Sequence record: NC_019710.1
From: Enterobacteria phage HK140
Direction: 5' to 3' (one strand)
Length of the DNA stretch: 40,710 bases
Below are positions 18,644-26,848 of the stretch, piece after piece (the first letter of the stretch is position 1; every line of letters starts with the position of its first letter). The notes beneath the pieces were generated by a model that was not told the DNA's origin, did no database searches, and was given only the letters and a program-made list of their open reading frames with translations. Both the position numbers and the translations under genes were made by a program.

Positions 18644-18658
18644 TTGCCTGGAGAAAAT

Positions 18659-20032
18659 ATGCTTTATAACACCGGCACCATCGCCATTAATGGAAATACC
18701 GCCACCGGGAAGGGTACAAACTGGACGGCACCGGCCAGCCAGGTTCGCGCTGGCCAGACAATTATCGTGATGTCTAACCCGGTGCAACTGTTCCAGATTT
18801 CATCCGTGAACAGCGCCACGTCAATGACGGTTACGCCTGCCGCTTCCCCGGCGCTGAGCGGCCAGAAATACGCCATTCTGGTGTCAGACATTATCTCCGT
18901 GGACGGACTGGCCCAGGCAATGTCGCAGCTCATCAAAGAGTATGACGAGAACATTGGCGCGTGGGAGACGTTCGCCACTACCTCAGCAAACCAGACCATC
19001 ACCGTTACCATCAACGGGACCACCGTAACCATCCCTGGCATCGGTAAACTGGCACAGAAAGGGAGCAACGGTGCGGTTACTGTCGCAGACGGCGGAACCG
19101 GGGCAACAACGGCAGAAGGGAGTCGCACAAACCTCGGTTTAGGAGACAGCGCCACAAGGAACGTCGGAACGGCTGCCGGAACTGTGGCGGCCGGGGATGA
19201 TTCGCGATTCGAAAAGATTGCCAAATTAGGAAGTGCAGCAACAAAAGATACTGGTGAGGGTGAAGGAAATGTGCTGATAACGGGGTCATTTGGTGTGGGT
19301 TCTAAAATTTTACCAGTCATCAGCGATATTTGGGATAAAAGCCAAGGCTCGCGCTTCTGCAACGTTACCCCTGCGACATTGGGAGGTCCTGGTATTTACG
19401 GCTCAGGCATCCGGCTGTCTGATCGAAACATCGGAAGTGGAGCAACCTATGCCGCACAGCAATCCTTTTTTGCTCTGATTTTTAGCGGCAAAGTCATTCA
19501 ATTTATGGGGATGACTGATGGCGTCGACACCGGGTGGATGAAGATTTACCACACAGGGAACACGACCAGGGCATCTGATGGCACGCTGAAGGCCGCCTCC
19601 CCGATTGTACGGTTGTTTGGGAATGGCAAATGCCAGCTTAACGACGAATCAGAGGGGTGCACTGTAACCCGCTTGGCTACGGGAAAATATCTGGTTGAAG
19701 GGTGTGAGGGGCTTAACTCTGATGCCGCCTGGGGCGGTATTGATGGCGGTTTCGACATCCCAACCGACCGCAACAAACAACCGCTCATCTGGCTGGACTA
19801 CGAAGTAAACGCTGATGGTTCTGTGCTGATTCAAACCTACCACCGCACACATCCTTCGGCACCTGCTTATGCCAGAAATGAACGTGACGGGATCAATGAC
19901 GGAGAGCCTATTGATATCCCGTCAGATCAGTTCGTCAGCGTTCGAGTAGAAATGCCTGCTAACAGCATCTGGAATCAGAAACAGAAAGCAATAGAAGAAG
20001 CTGCGAAAAGCGCGTCCGAAGAGGTTCAATAA
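18659..20032 (+). CDS. Side tail fibre protein
   Basis: 458 aa from the ATG at 18659 (RBS GGAG); Gly/Thr/Ala-rich with motif DGGTGATTAEGSRTNLGLGDSATRNVG. Confidence 0.75.
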   Translation: MLYNTGTIAINGNTATGKGTNWTAPASQVRAGQTIIVMSNPVQLFQISSVNSATSMTVTPAASPALSGQKYAILVSDIISVDGLAQAMSQLIKEYDENIGAWETFATTSANQTITVTINGTTVTIPGIGKLAQKGSNGAVTVADGGTGATTAEGSRTNLGLGDSATRNVGTAAGTVAAGDDSRFEKIAKLGSAATKDTGEGEGNVLITGSFGVGSKILPVISDIWDKSQGSRFCNVTPATLGGPGIYGSGIRLSDRNIGSGATYAAQQSFFALIFSGKVIQFMGMTDGVDTGWMKIYHTGNTTRASDGTLKAASPIVRLFGNGKCQLNDESEGCTVTRLATGKYLVEGCEGLNSDAAWGGIDGGFDIPTDRNKQPLIWLDYEVNADGSVLIQTYHRTHPSAPAYARNERDGINDGEPIDIPSDQFVSVRVEMPANSIWNQKQKAIEEAAKSASEEVQ

Positions 20033-20042
20033 AATAATTGTG

Positions 20043-20074
20043 ACGGCAGTAAAGCGACTCTTTTACTGCCGTCA
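20043..20074. terminator. Bidirectional terminator between convergent tail fibre and dinI genes
   Basis: 12-bp inverted repeat GACGGCAGTAAA / TTTACTGCCGTC with A/T-rich flanks. Confidence 0.6.
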
Positions 20075-20078
20075 AATA

Positions 20079-20345
20079 TCACACTCCATTCTGGAGAACG
20101 GTCGGGAACTCAGAAACCAGCCACATATCGGACTCTTCAAACATTTCCTCCAGCATGCGGTTCAGTTTTTCCCGATCACTTTTGCTGGCATCGCTATTTA
20201 AACCGTTCGCCTGCATTGGCTTCACCTTCACTTCGGCATCGGGGAAAATCTGGTGCACCCGCTTCTTCAACTCGGCCAGTATGATCTCTCTGGCCCCTTT
20301 GAGCCCCTCAACATTACGCTTGTCATAAACTAGTTCAACGAACAT
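20079..20345 (-). CDS. dinI: DinI-like damage-inducible protein
   Basis: Aligns with E. coli DinI along its length (IFPDAEVKV, DREKLNRMLEEMFEESDMWLVSE); alternative ATG at 20351. Confidence 0.8.
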   Translation of the reverse strand: MFVELVYDKRNVEGLKGAREIILAELKKRVHQIFPDAEVKVKPMQANGLNSDASKSDREKLNRMLEEMFEESDMWLVSEFPTVLQNGV

Positions 20346-20387
20346 AACCATCCCTCTCGCTTACTTGATCTCTGCAAATAAAAATAC

Positions 20388-20407
20388 TACTGTATTCATA
20401 TACAGTC
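20388..20407. promoter_or_regulatory. LexA (SOS) box TACTGTATTCATATACAGTC
   Basis: Perfect CTGT-N8-ACAG in the divergent intergenic region between dinI (-) and the impC-like/umuD' operon (+). Confidence 0.8.
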
Positions 20408-20430
20408 AATGTGTCATGAGGGCTATACTT

Positions 20431-20670
20431 ATGCCTCGTAAATCAGATATTCATGCAGCTTTTTTAGCCTCTATAGAACAGAATCAAAAGGGTTACCTTT
20501 GTCTCAATACAAATAAATTCATCAATAAGTTGCGCGAGAAGAGCTGGCATTTCAGCCAGGCGGATGCAAATACATGGATCGAGCGATACCAGCCGGACTT
20601 CGCCGATAAGACGACAAACGGCAGCCAGAACCGGTACTGGATCCTGCGTAACATGGGGAGGGTTTTCTAA
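20431..20670 (+). CDS. Small protein upstream of umuD', positionally ImpC-like
   Basis: 79 aa from the ATG at 20431 (RBS GAGGG); stop overlaps the umuD' start (TAATG). Confidence 0.4.
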   Translation: MPRKSDIHAAFLASIEQNQKGYLCLNTNKFINKLREKSWHFSQADANTWIERYQPDFADKTTNGSQNRYWILRNMGRVF

Positions 20671-21059
20671 TGGGCTTTCCTTCGCCGGCTACGGATTACG
20701 TTGAACAGCGTATATCGCTTGACGAGCGCATCATCACCAGGCCAGCGGCTACGTACTTTATGCGGGCCGGTGCAACGCATTACCGAGAAGGTATCCTCAA
20801 TGGTGCTTTGCTGGTTGTCGACGCGTCAATGTCTCCATGTGATGGTTCATTGCTGGTTTGCACAGATAGCGGTGAGTTTAGGATTAAGCGGTATCGCACA
20901 CACCCGCGGCCACACCTGGAAAACCTTGAGAACGGTAAACGGGAGAGTTTGCTAGATAAGGATGAGGTATCCGACACTTCGCGTCCGGTATTTGGGGTGA
21001 TCACGTATATCATCAACGACGCGCGGTCTGGTGAGTTTGATGACTACCCGCTGAAGTGA
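20670..21059 (+). CDS. UmuD'-like protein (S24 family), natively lacking the N-terminal cleavage segment
   Basis: 129 aa starting MGFPSPATDYVEQRI, matching UmuD from Gly25 (GFPSPAADYVEQRI); the position of the UmuD Ser nucleophile aligns to Thr/His. Confidence 0.8.
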   Translation: MGFPSPATDYVEQRISLDERIITRPAATYFMRAGATHYREGILNGALLVVDASMSPCDGSLLVCTDSGEFRIKRYRTHPRPHLENLENGKRESLLDKDEVSDTSRPVFGVITYIINDARSGEFDDYPLK

Positions 21060-21065
21060 AAATAG

Positions 21066-21092
21066 TGTTGTGTACCAAATTGCGTACCAAAC
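21066..21092. repeat. attP arm-type repeats, P arm (2 copies of GTACCAAA)
   Basis: TGTGTACCAAA ttgc GTACCAAA seen directly. Confidence 0.5.
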
Positions 21093-21317
21093 TAAAATCA
21101 CAAATCATGAAACCCTTGTTCATGGCGGTTCTCAGGGGTATTGCGCGTAATCGTGAAAGAGGAAGGTAGGTTGTTTATCTGTGTCTGTCATTGTCTAGCA
21201 TTGTCCACTGTAGTTAATTAACTGCCTGTTATAACTCGAAAAACAACCATTTTTTCACCTGAGTATGTCTACGAACGTCAAATATAGTTGTTTACTGTGC
21301 GCTGTTGTCCATGTGAT

Positions 21318-21365
21318 ATTGTGTACCAGATGTGTACCAAACCATTATTTCTGAGCGTACCAAAT
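21318..21365. repeat. attP arm-type repeats, P' arm (3 copies of GTACCA(A/G)A)
   Basis: TGTGTACCAGA, TGTGTACCAAA and GCGTACCAAA directly upstream of int. Confidence 0.5.
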
Positions 21366-21372
21366 ATTATTT

Positions 21373-22551
21373 ATGGCTATAAGCGACACAAAACTGCGTA
21401 CTATTTATGGTAAACCATATTCGGGCCCACAAGAAGTGGCTGATGCCGATGGCCTCAGCGTACGAATTTCACCGAAGGGGGTCATTCAGTTCCAGTACCG
21501 TTATCGCTGGCATGGCAAGCCTAATCGACTTGGGCTTGGTCGATACCCATCCCTGTCTTTGAAGGATGCCAGACAGATCACTGCTGACTTGCGAAATCTC
21601 TATTTCTCAGGAACGGATCCACGCACCTATTTTGAAGAGAAGGTGGAGAACTCCATGACGGTCGCCCAGTGTCTCGACTACTGGTTCGACAACTACGTCT
21701 CTACAACTCTCAGAGAAAAGACCCAGGCACTTTACCGATCAACGGTTATGAAGCGCATGCATGACGCCTTTCCTAATCGTCCGGCATCTTCTATCACGGT
21801 TAAGCAATGGGTTGACCTGCTTACCGAAGAAGAAAGAGATAATCCACGCCGAGCAAGGCAGGTGCTAAGTCAACTAAGATCAGCAATAAGTTGGTGCATG
21901 CGGCGTCAGTTGATAGATAGTTGCGCAATTATGAGCATCCAACCAAGGGACTTCGGCTCCCGCGCTGAGGTAGGGGATCGGGTACTGTCGTATCACGAAC
22001 TGGCTAAGATTTGGCTTGCTATTGAAAGAAGCCGTGCGTCTACGTCAAATAAGCTACTTCATCAGATGCTTATGCTGTGGGGGGCGAGGCTCTCAGAGCT
22101 TAGGCTGGCAAAAAAGACAGAATTTGACCTGCTGGAAAACGTATGGACCGTACCGAAAGAGCATAGCAAGATGGGTAATGTTATCCGCCGTCCAATCTTC
22201 GAACAAATTAAGCCTTTCCTCGAAAAGGCCATGACAACGTACAATGATGTTCTTTTCCCTGGAGAAGACATAAACAAACCGATCAGCATCGCTGCAGCCA
22301 ACCGATTCGTAAATAGAATAAGGGGAGGGATGGATCTAGGTTACTGGCGAACACACGATTTCAGAAGAACGCTTGTTACACGTCTGTCCGAGATGAATGT
22401 CGAGCCTCATGTTACTGAGCGAATGCTCGGTCATGAACTTGGCGGGATAATGTCCGTGTACAATAAACACGACTGGATAGAGGCTCAGCGCAAAGCGTAT
22501 GAGCTTCACGCTGATAAATTGTTCTGGCACATCAGGAGCATTTCTGATTAA
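21373..22551 (+). CDS. int: Tyrosine integrase (P4-like, with N-terminal arm-binding domain)
   Basis: 392 aa; C-terminal catalytic region with HDFRRT and a terminal Tyr-containing segment (SVYNKHD). Confidence 0.9.
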   Translation: MAISDTKLRTIYGKPYSGPQEVADADGLSVRISPKGVIQFQYRYRWHGKPNRLGLGRYPSLSLKDARQITADLRNLYFSGTDPRTYFEEKVENSMTVAQCLDYWFDNYVSTTLREKTQALYRSTVMKRMHDAFPNRPASSITVKQWVDLLTEEERDNPRRARQVLSQLRSAISWCMRRQLIDSCAIMSIQPRDFGSRAEVGDRVLSYHELAKIWLAIERSRASTSNKLLHQMLMLWGARLSELRLAKKTEFDLLENVWTVPKEHSKMGNVIRRPIFEQIKPFLEKAMTTYNDVLFPGEDINKPISIAAANRFVNRIRGGMDLGYWRTHDFRRTLVTRLSEMNVEPHVTERMLGHELGGIMSVYNKHDWIEAQRKAYELHADKLFWHIRSISD

Positions 22552-22723
22552 CGCCACCGTTAAGAATCCACCCTTCAACAGCTTCACGAAGGTATGATTT
22601 GGGGTGGGTTCTGACTGGCTTCGGAAATCCGTGCCGTTTGGTATAGTTCCAGATTGTCTGACGTGATGAAACACCGAGCTTGTTCATCACTTCTTTCTCA
22701 GGAATCAGGCTGGTATCGGTCAT
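22532..22723 (-). CDS. xis: AlpA-family excisionase / transcriptional regulator
   Basis: 63 aa, helix-turn-helix pattern LGVSSRQTIWNY...FPKPV...WI; RBS GGAG; 3' end overlaps the int 3' end by 20 nt. Confidence 0.75.
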   Translation of the reverse strand: MTDTSLIPEKEVMNKLGVSSRQTIWNYTKRHGFPKPVRTHPKSYLREAVEGWILNGGVNQKCS

Positions 22724-22736
22724 CTTAATTCTCCAG

Positions 22737-22762
22737 GCAAAAAGAAACCGCCATCAGGCGGC
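22737..22762 (-). terminator. Intrinsic terminator on the minus strand, upstream of xis
   Basis: Minus-strand hairpin GCCGCC-tgat-GGCGGT followed by TTCTTTTT. Confidence 0.6.
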
Positions 22763-22921
22763 TTGGTGTTCTTTCAGTTCTTCAATTCGAATATTGGTTA
22801 CGTCTGCATGTGCTATCTGCGCCCATATCATCCAGTGGTCATAGCAGTCGTTGATGTTCTCCGCTTCGATAACTCTGTTGAATGGCTCTCCATTCCATTC
22901 ACCTGTGACTCGGAAGTGCAT
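22754..22921 (-). CDS. Hypothetical small protein (55 aa, below the ORF-track cutoff)
   Basis: Translated by hand as MHFRVTGEWNGEPFNRVIEAENINDCYDHWMIWAQIAHADVTNIRIEELKEHQAA; RBS GGAGATGATAA before the ATG; stop lies in the terminator loop. Confidence 0.4.
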   Translation of the reverse strand: MHFRVTGEWNGEPFNRVIEAENINDCYDHWMIWAQIAHADVTNIRIEELKEHQAA

Positions 22922-23021
22922 TTATCATCTCCATAAAACAAAACTCGCCGTAGCGAGTTCAGATAAAAGAAATCCCCGAGAGTGCGAGGATTGTTATTCA
23001 CCTTTAACGGCAAGTTGCAGG

Positions 23022-23861
23022 TTAGCCACGGTTTACCTCCTGCGGCGGTTCTGGTAGTGGCATCCAGTGTGTGACATTGCTAATCAGACCATATTCATTA
23101 GTTTGAGGATGGTTGCCGTTATCGTCTCCGTATTTAAGACTCTCCATAAAGCCATAATGCCTATCACCATTAACGCTCACAAAGCCGTAATAAGCAGGTA
23201 TAACGCCGATCTCACACGTAACCAGCAAAGGAAAACTAGTTCTCCAATTTAGCTCGCCGATTACAGGCATCTGCTCACTACAGCTTATCCAACCATCTGG
23301 AATCACCGGAGAGTTGCCACCCTGAACAGTAGGCATATCCGGACCTTTGCGAATCGCCCTGGCAAGATCGATTTGGTCGTCGTACAACCAGTCACCTGTT
23401 TGCGGATGATTGGCTTCTGCCAATTGTGCAGCCCACTCCAGGCCGTCTTTGTGTCCTTGCAGATAGTCCAGCGGTAACTCATCACTATTACTTACAGGTT
23501 CGGCCTGAAGCATGGAGGCGCGATAGGCGTTCCAGCCGACAGCTTTTCCGTGTTCAAACGCGCTGTCAAAGTCATCATCAATTTCCATCGCAGCGGGCAC
23601 AGATACCGGCGCTGGCGGGGCGGTGTAAAGCGGCGTTACTTCTCGCAGCGGGTCGGCATAAGCATTGCCACTATCGAAGCTGACGTTGTTTTTTGCCCCG
23701 CCTCCTGACAGCAACCACGCCACCGGCTCCGCTTCGAGCGATGCCAACGCTATACGCGCCATCTCTTTGACAACGTCACAGTTTTTATTTCCTTCGCAAT
23801 CATCCATCAAAAGCCAATCGTCATTGATTATTTCTTTAATCTTATCCCGTGAAAGTTCCAT
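23022..23861 (-). CDS. DUF551-domain protein
   Basis: 279 aa; C-terminal WISCSEQMP...VTHWMPLPEPP matches the DUF551 signature as I recall it. Confidence 0.55.
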   Translation of the reverse strand: MELSRDKIKEIINDDWLLMDDCEGNKNCDVVKEMARIALASLEAEPVAWLLSGGGAKNNVSFDSGNAYADPLREVTPLYTAPPAPVSVPAAMEIDDDFDSAFEHGKAVGWNAYRASMLQAEPVSNSDELPLDYLQGHKDGLEWAAQLAEANHPQTGDWLYDDQIDLARAIRKGPDMPTVQGGNSPVIPDGWISCSEQMPVIGELNWRTSFPLLVTCEIGVIPAYYGFVSVNGDRHYGFMESLKYGDDNGNHPQTNEYGLISNVTHWMPLPEPPQEVNRG

Positions 23862-24061
23862 TAATTCACCGCCTTAGCTTTACGCTCTGCTTCACTAAAA
23901 TCCCAGTCAACACGATGCGATATTTCAATTGCCGCCCTAACGGAATGCTCAATCATGATGTCGAGCTTTTGAAGTGTCATGGCCATATTTGGATTTCGAG
24001 CCAATATTTCTGCGCGAAGAATTTGCCAGTCATTGCATGTTTCAAGTAATGAATTAGCCAT
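23861..24061 (-). CDS. Hypothetical protein
   Basis: 66 aa from the internal ATG at 24061 of the listed ORF; the listed N-terminal extension overlaps the neighbouring gene. Confidence 0.35.
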   Translation of the reverse strand: MANSLLETCNDWQILRAEILARNPNMAMTLQKLDIMIEHSVRAAIEISHRVDWDFSEAERKAKAVN

Positions 24062-24368
24062 TATCTTTACCCCGCGCTCCATATGCAGATAAGCACTCTT
24101 CAAATCCAGCCTGATTATCCGTTTGACCAAAACTGAAGCCATGCTGAAGACCATGACGAAATGCGCTATCTTGCAATTTATCTGCGCTATCGAGCTTCGC
24201 TTCCAGTTCAGCGATTCGCTTCTCTGCGGCTTCCAGCGATGCCAGTGCAATACGCAGGGCAGCCAGGATATTCCCCTGGTAATCATCAAGCCCGAAAGGA
24301 AGCTCATCACGAACGCTTTCATAATCGTTGATAGCCTGCTGAAGCCATTCTCTTGTGATAGTGCTCAT
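24054..24368 (-). CDS. Hypothetical protein sharing a coiled-coil segment with the Ea22-like gene
   Basis: 104 aa; contains LEAAEKRIAELEAKL, repeated in the upstream gene. Confidence 0.4.
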   Translation of the reverse strand: MSTITREWLQQAINDYESVRDELPFGLDDYQGNILAALRIALASLEAAEKRIAELEAKLDSADKLQDSAFRHGLQHGFSFGQTDNQAGFEECLSAYGARGKDNG

Positions 24369-25099
24369 GATGCCTCTCCTTTACATGCTTCGGTGACGTT
24401 TATTCCAGCGTTGTGCAGTGCCTCAAGAACCTGATGCTGCCTGTAAACCATTTCAGTGTGGTAAGGCTCGTCAAAATCGACGCGATGCAACATGCTATAG
24501 CATTGCGGAAGCACAACCTCCCGCAACTCCAGCTCAGCAATGCGCTTCTCTGCGGCTTCCAGCTTCTCGCGCATATCGTCAACGTACTCGACCAGAGATC
24601 CGCCAGCAGGAATTTCGCACTCCTCGACCAGTTGGAAGTAGATATCAGCTGCGGCCCGTGTGTTGCTATGCCTAGCGTCGCCCATCTCACCTTCACGAAG
24701 AGCATCGCGTTCGGCGGTAAGATTGGCTATTTTGCTGTCTTTGCCTTCCAGCTCAACGCGCAGCTTCCCTACCGTTAGCGCAATTTCCTCGTTCTCCTGG
24801 TCACGGCGTTTTATGTATTGCTGGTTTCTTTCCCGTTCATCCAGCAGTGCCAGCACAGTAGCCGGATTGGATGCGGCGATGAATTCAGCATTGGCCTGCT
24901 GTTCCATTTGGAAATCTTCATCGAAACCGCTTTCTGGATGCGCGCCTTCAATTCTGCAAATGGGAATATATCCAGCAGCCTCGCGATGAATTAGCGCATC
25001 ATCACCATCAAATCGGCCATCTCCATATTCGAGCGACCACTCGCCACACGTTGCTTTTTCTGCCTTAGCACGCAGTGCCTGATAATCAATCTGGCTCAC
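24365..25099 (-). CDS. Ea22-like family protein
   Basis: 244 aa; N-terminus [22 protein letters not shown] and central coiled coil resemble ead/Ea22-like early proteins (from memory). Confidence 0.5.
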   Translation of the reverse strand: MSQIDYQALRAKAEKATCGEWSLEYGDGRFDGDDALIHREAAGYIPICRIEGAHPESGFDEDFQMEQQANAEFIAASNPATVLALLDERERNQQYIKRRDQENEEIALTVGKLRVELEGKDSKIANLTAERDALREGEMGDARHSNTRAAADIYFQLVEECEIPAGGSLVEYVDDMREKLEAAEKRIAELELREVVLPQCYSMLHRVDFDEPYHTEMVYRQHQVLEALHNAGINVTEACKGEAS

Positions 25100-25578
25100 T
25101 GGCTGCCTCCTTTGCGAAGCTGGTCGGCGAACAAACGTACACCAGACGCTTCACTGCGTAGAAACCTAACGGCATAATCAAAACCACCTCGTTCTGCGTC
25201 GTCTGCTCCGTTGTCGAGGTTATCTGCGTACATCTCTACCCCCTGCGCCCGCACTTCAGCCAGGAAGGCGTCGGTTGCTGTGGTGTTAAGTGAAAAGTCC
25301 TGTCGGCCTGATTTCAGATACGCAATGGCGATCTTTGTTGCTGCGCATTCGACAGCGAATTTCTCTTTTTCAGCATCCAGCGCCGCGCACTTGGCCTCAA
25401 GGTTATCAATCGTGATTCCAGCAGAACGACACTCCCGCAACGCCGTTTCTAGTTTTGATTCAAGTTCACCGAACTTACGCACCAGATATTCAGCGTTTGT
25501 TTCGTTAACCTTTAAATCTCGGGGGATGCATTTACCTTTCAGAAAACCATCCATCTCAATTAGTGACATTTGTTTCAT
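25096..25578 (-). CDS. Hypothetical protein
   Basis: About 160 aa, coiled-coil rich; start at MKQMSL chosen because it overlaps the upstream stop (ATGA); alternative start at 25596. Confidence 0.4.
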   Translation of the reverse strand: MKQMSLIEMDGFLKGKCIPRDLKVNETNAEYLVRKFGELESKLETALRECRSAGITIDNLEAKCAALDAEKEKFAVECAATKIAIAYLKSGRQDFSLNTTATDAFLAEVRAQGVEMYADNLDNGADDAERGGFDYAVRFLRSEASGVRLFADQLRKGGSQ

Positions 25579-25739
25579 TTCTTCCCACTCCGCCACATTG
25601 CATTCAGATATTTGTTGTCATTAACAGAGCCGAAACTATTTCTCTTAAGCAATTCCTCTCTCGATGGCATTGGCTTTACGCGTTGGCGAATAATCATTTC
25701 TGCCGGAAGAATGCCGGGATTGTATGCAAGTCCTCTCAT
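25575..25739 (-). CDS. Hypothetical small protein (54 aa)
   Basis: Hand translation [54 protein letters not shown]; ATGA overlaps with both neighbours. Confidence 0.3.
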   Translation of the reverse strand: MRGLAYNPGILPAEMIIRQRVKPMPSREELLKRNSFGSVNDNKYLNAMWRSGKK

Positions 25740-26017
25740 GATTTACTCTCCACGAACTGGTCAATAGCCATGCTAAGTGATACACCTAAAGTCTCGATAT
25801 GCTGCTGAATATCCTGTAGCGTCTGCGCCTGAGATAACAGGATTTCACGGTTGCATAACTCTTTGACCAGATGCTCAAACTTGCTGTAATAACCGATACG
25901 ACTTAGTGTTTCTTTCCCTGCATTCTCGCCTTCTTTGATAATTCCTCTTTCGCTAAGAATCAGGTCGTGTTTGGTTCCGGTAATAACGTATTTTCCGAGG
26001 TCGATGTTTAGCTTCAT
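25736..26017 (-). CDS. Hypothetical protein
   Basis: 93-aa ORF in the leftward early operon. Confidence 0.4.
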   Translation of the reverse strand: MKLNIDLGKYVITGTKHDLILSERGIIKEGENAGKETLSRIGYYSKFEHLVKELCNREILLSQAQTLQDIQQHIETLGVSLSMAIDQFVESKS

Positions 26018-26033
26018 TGTTAATTACTCCATG

Positions 26034-26348
26034 TTAATTTATTTGTATGCCTGCTCTTTCTTCATCGAGTTTTTTTAGCTTGTATCGCATAGCTCTTACT
26101 GAATAAATTGAGCGGCAGGTTGCAATTGCTATTTCTTCTGCGGAGAACTTACCGAAAAGTGATACTTCGGCTCTTGTCCAGCGTCTTCCACGAAGTCGGC
26201 TAACAATGTCAGCGCCAATCCTTGTTGCTTTTGCCATTACTGCTTTTTCAGTCCTTTCCAGTTTTTCAGCGATAACTTCAACTGGCATTGTCGCCGCTAC
26301 TTCGCGCAAGAAATCGACTTCCCATTTCTCCCATGGAGTCTTTTTCAT
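26034..26348 (-). CDS. Hypothetical protein with two helix-turn-helix-like repeats
   Basis: 104 aa; two segments with a W...E...L...IA..L.R pattern. Confidence 0.4.
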   Translation of the reverse strand: MKKTPWEKWEVDFLREVAATMPVEVIAEKLERTEKAVMAKATRIGADIVSRLRGRRWTRAEVSLFGKFSAEEIAIATCRSIYSVRAMRYKLKKLDEERAGIQIN

Positions 26349-26359
26349 AGTCGATACCG

Positions 26360-26848
26360 TTATTTGATAAGAAGTGAAGGTTTCCCAACTTTGAGTTGAG
26401 CGCCGGGGATATTTATTCCTGCTTTTAGTTGGTGTTTGATTGCCAGTTTGTCGGCTTTAATTGTCGTTTCAAACTCAACGTATTCAGGAGGAAGGGCGCT
26501 TGAGTCGATGATTTCTACAATTTCTGACGGTTTGCGGATTGTTACCTGGTGAATACCTGCTCTAATCTTTTTCTTGCCAACCATTTCAAGCGATGAGGCT
26601 ATATATGCCATAATGCTGTCAATCTTATTTTGAATTACTGCTGCTCGTTCATTCAGTGACTTTGCCTCTTCCTTGAGGCGTTCAGCATAACCAGATTCAT
26701 TTTTAATAATGGCGAGAAGTTGTTCTATTTTATCGGTAAATTCTCCTTCCATGCCTTCTATTGTGTCAGCAATCATCTCTGGCTCTAAATCTGAATCCAT
26801 CAATTTTGCGTATTCATTGGCTATTTCATATAGTTTGCTCACTGGCAA
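26360..26848 (-). CDS. Gp157-family protein
   Basis: 162 aa adjacent to recT; resemblance to the siphovirus Gp157 family by sequence character and position (from memory). Confidence 0.55.
   Translation of the reverse strand: MPVSKLYEIANEYAKLMDSDLEPEMIADTIEGMEGEFTDKIEQLLAIIKNESGYAERLKEEAKSLNERAAVIQNKIDSIMAYIASSLEMVGKKKIRAGIHQVTIRKPSEIVEIIDSSALPPEYVEFETTIKADKLAIKHQLKAGINIPGAQLKVGKPSLLIK

Noticed and set aside
22828-23057. ORF-track entries 22828-23013 (-) and 22851-23057 (+).
   Set aside because: A different minus-strand frame gives a 55-aa ORF (22754-22921) with a good RBS and a terminator at its stop, which is a better explanation for this interval.
23861-24322. Full 153-aa extent of the listed minus-strand ORF.
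   Set aside because: Its N-terminal two thirds overlap the better-supported gene 24054-24368 in another frame; only the 66-aa C-terminal part from the ATG at 24061 is kept.
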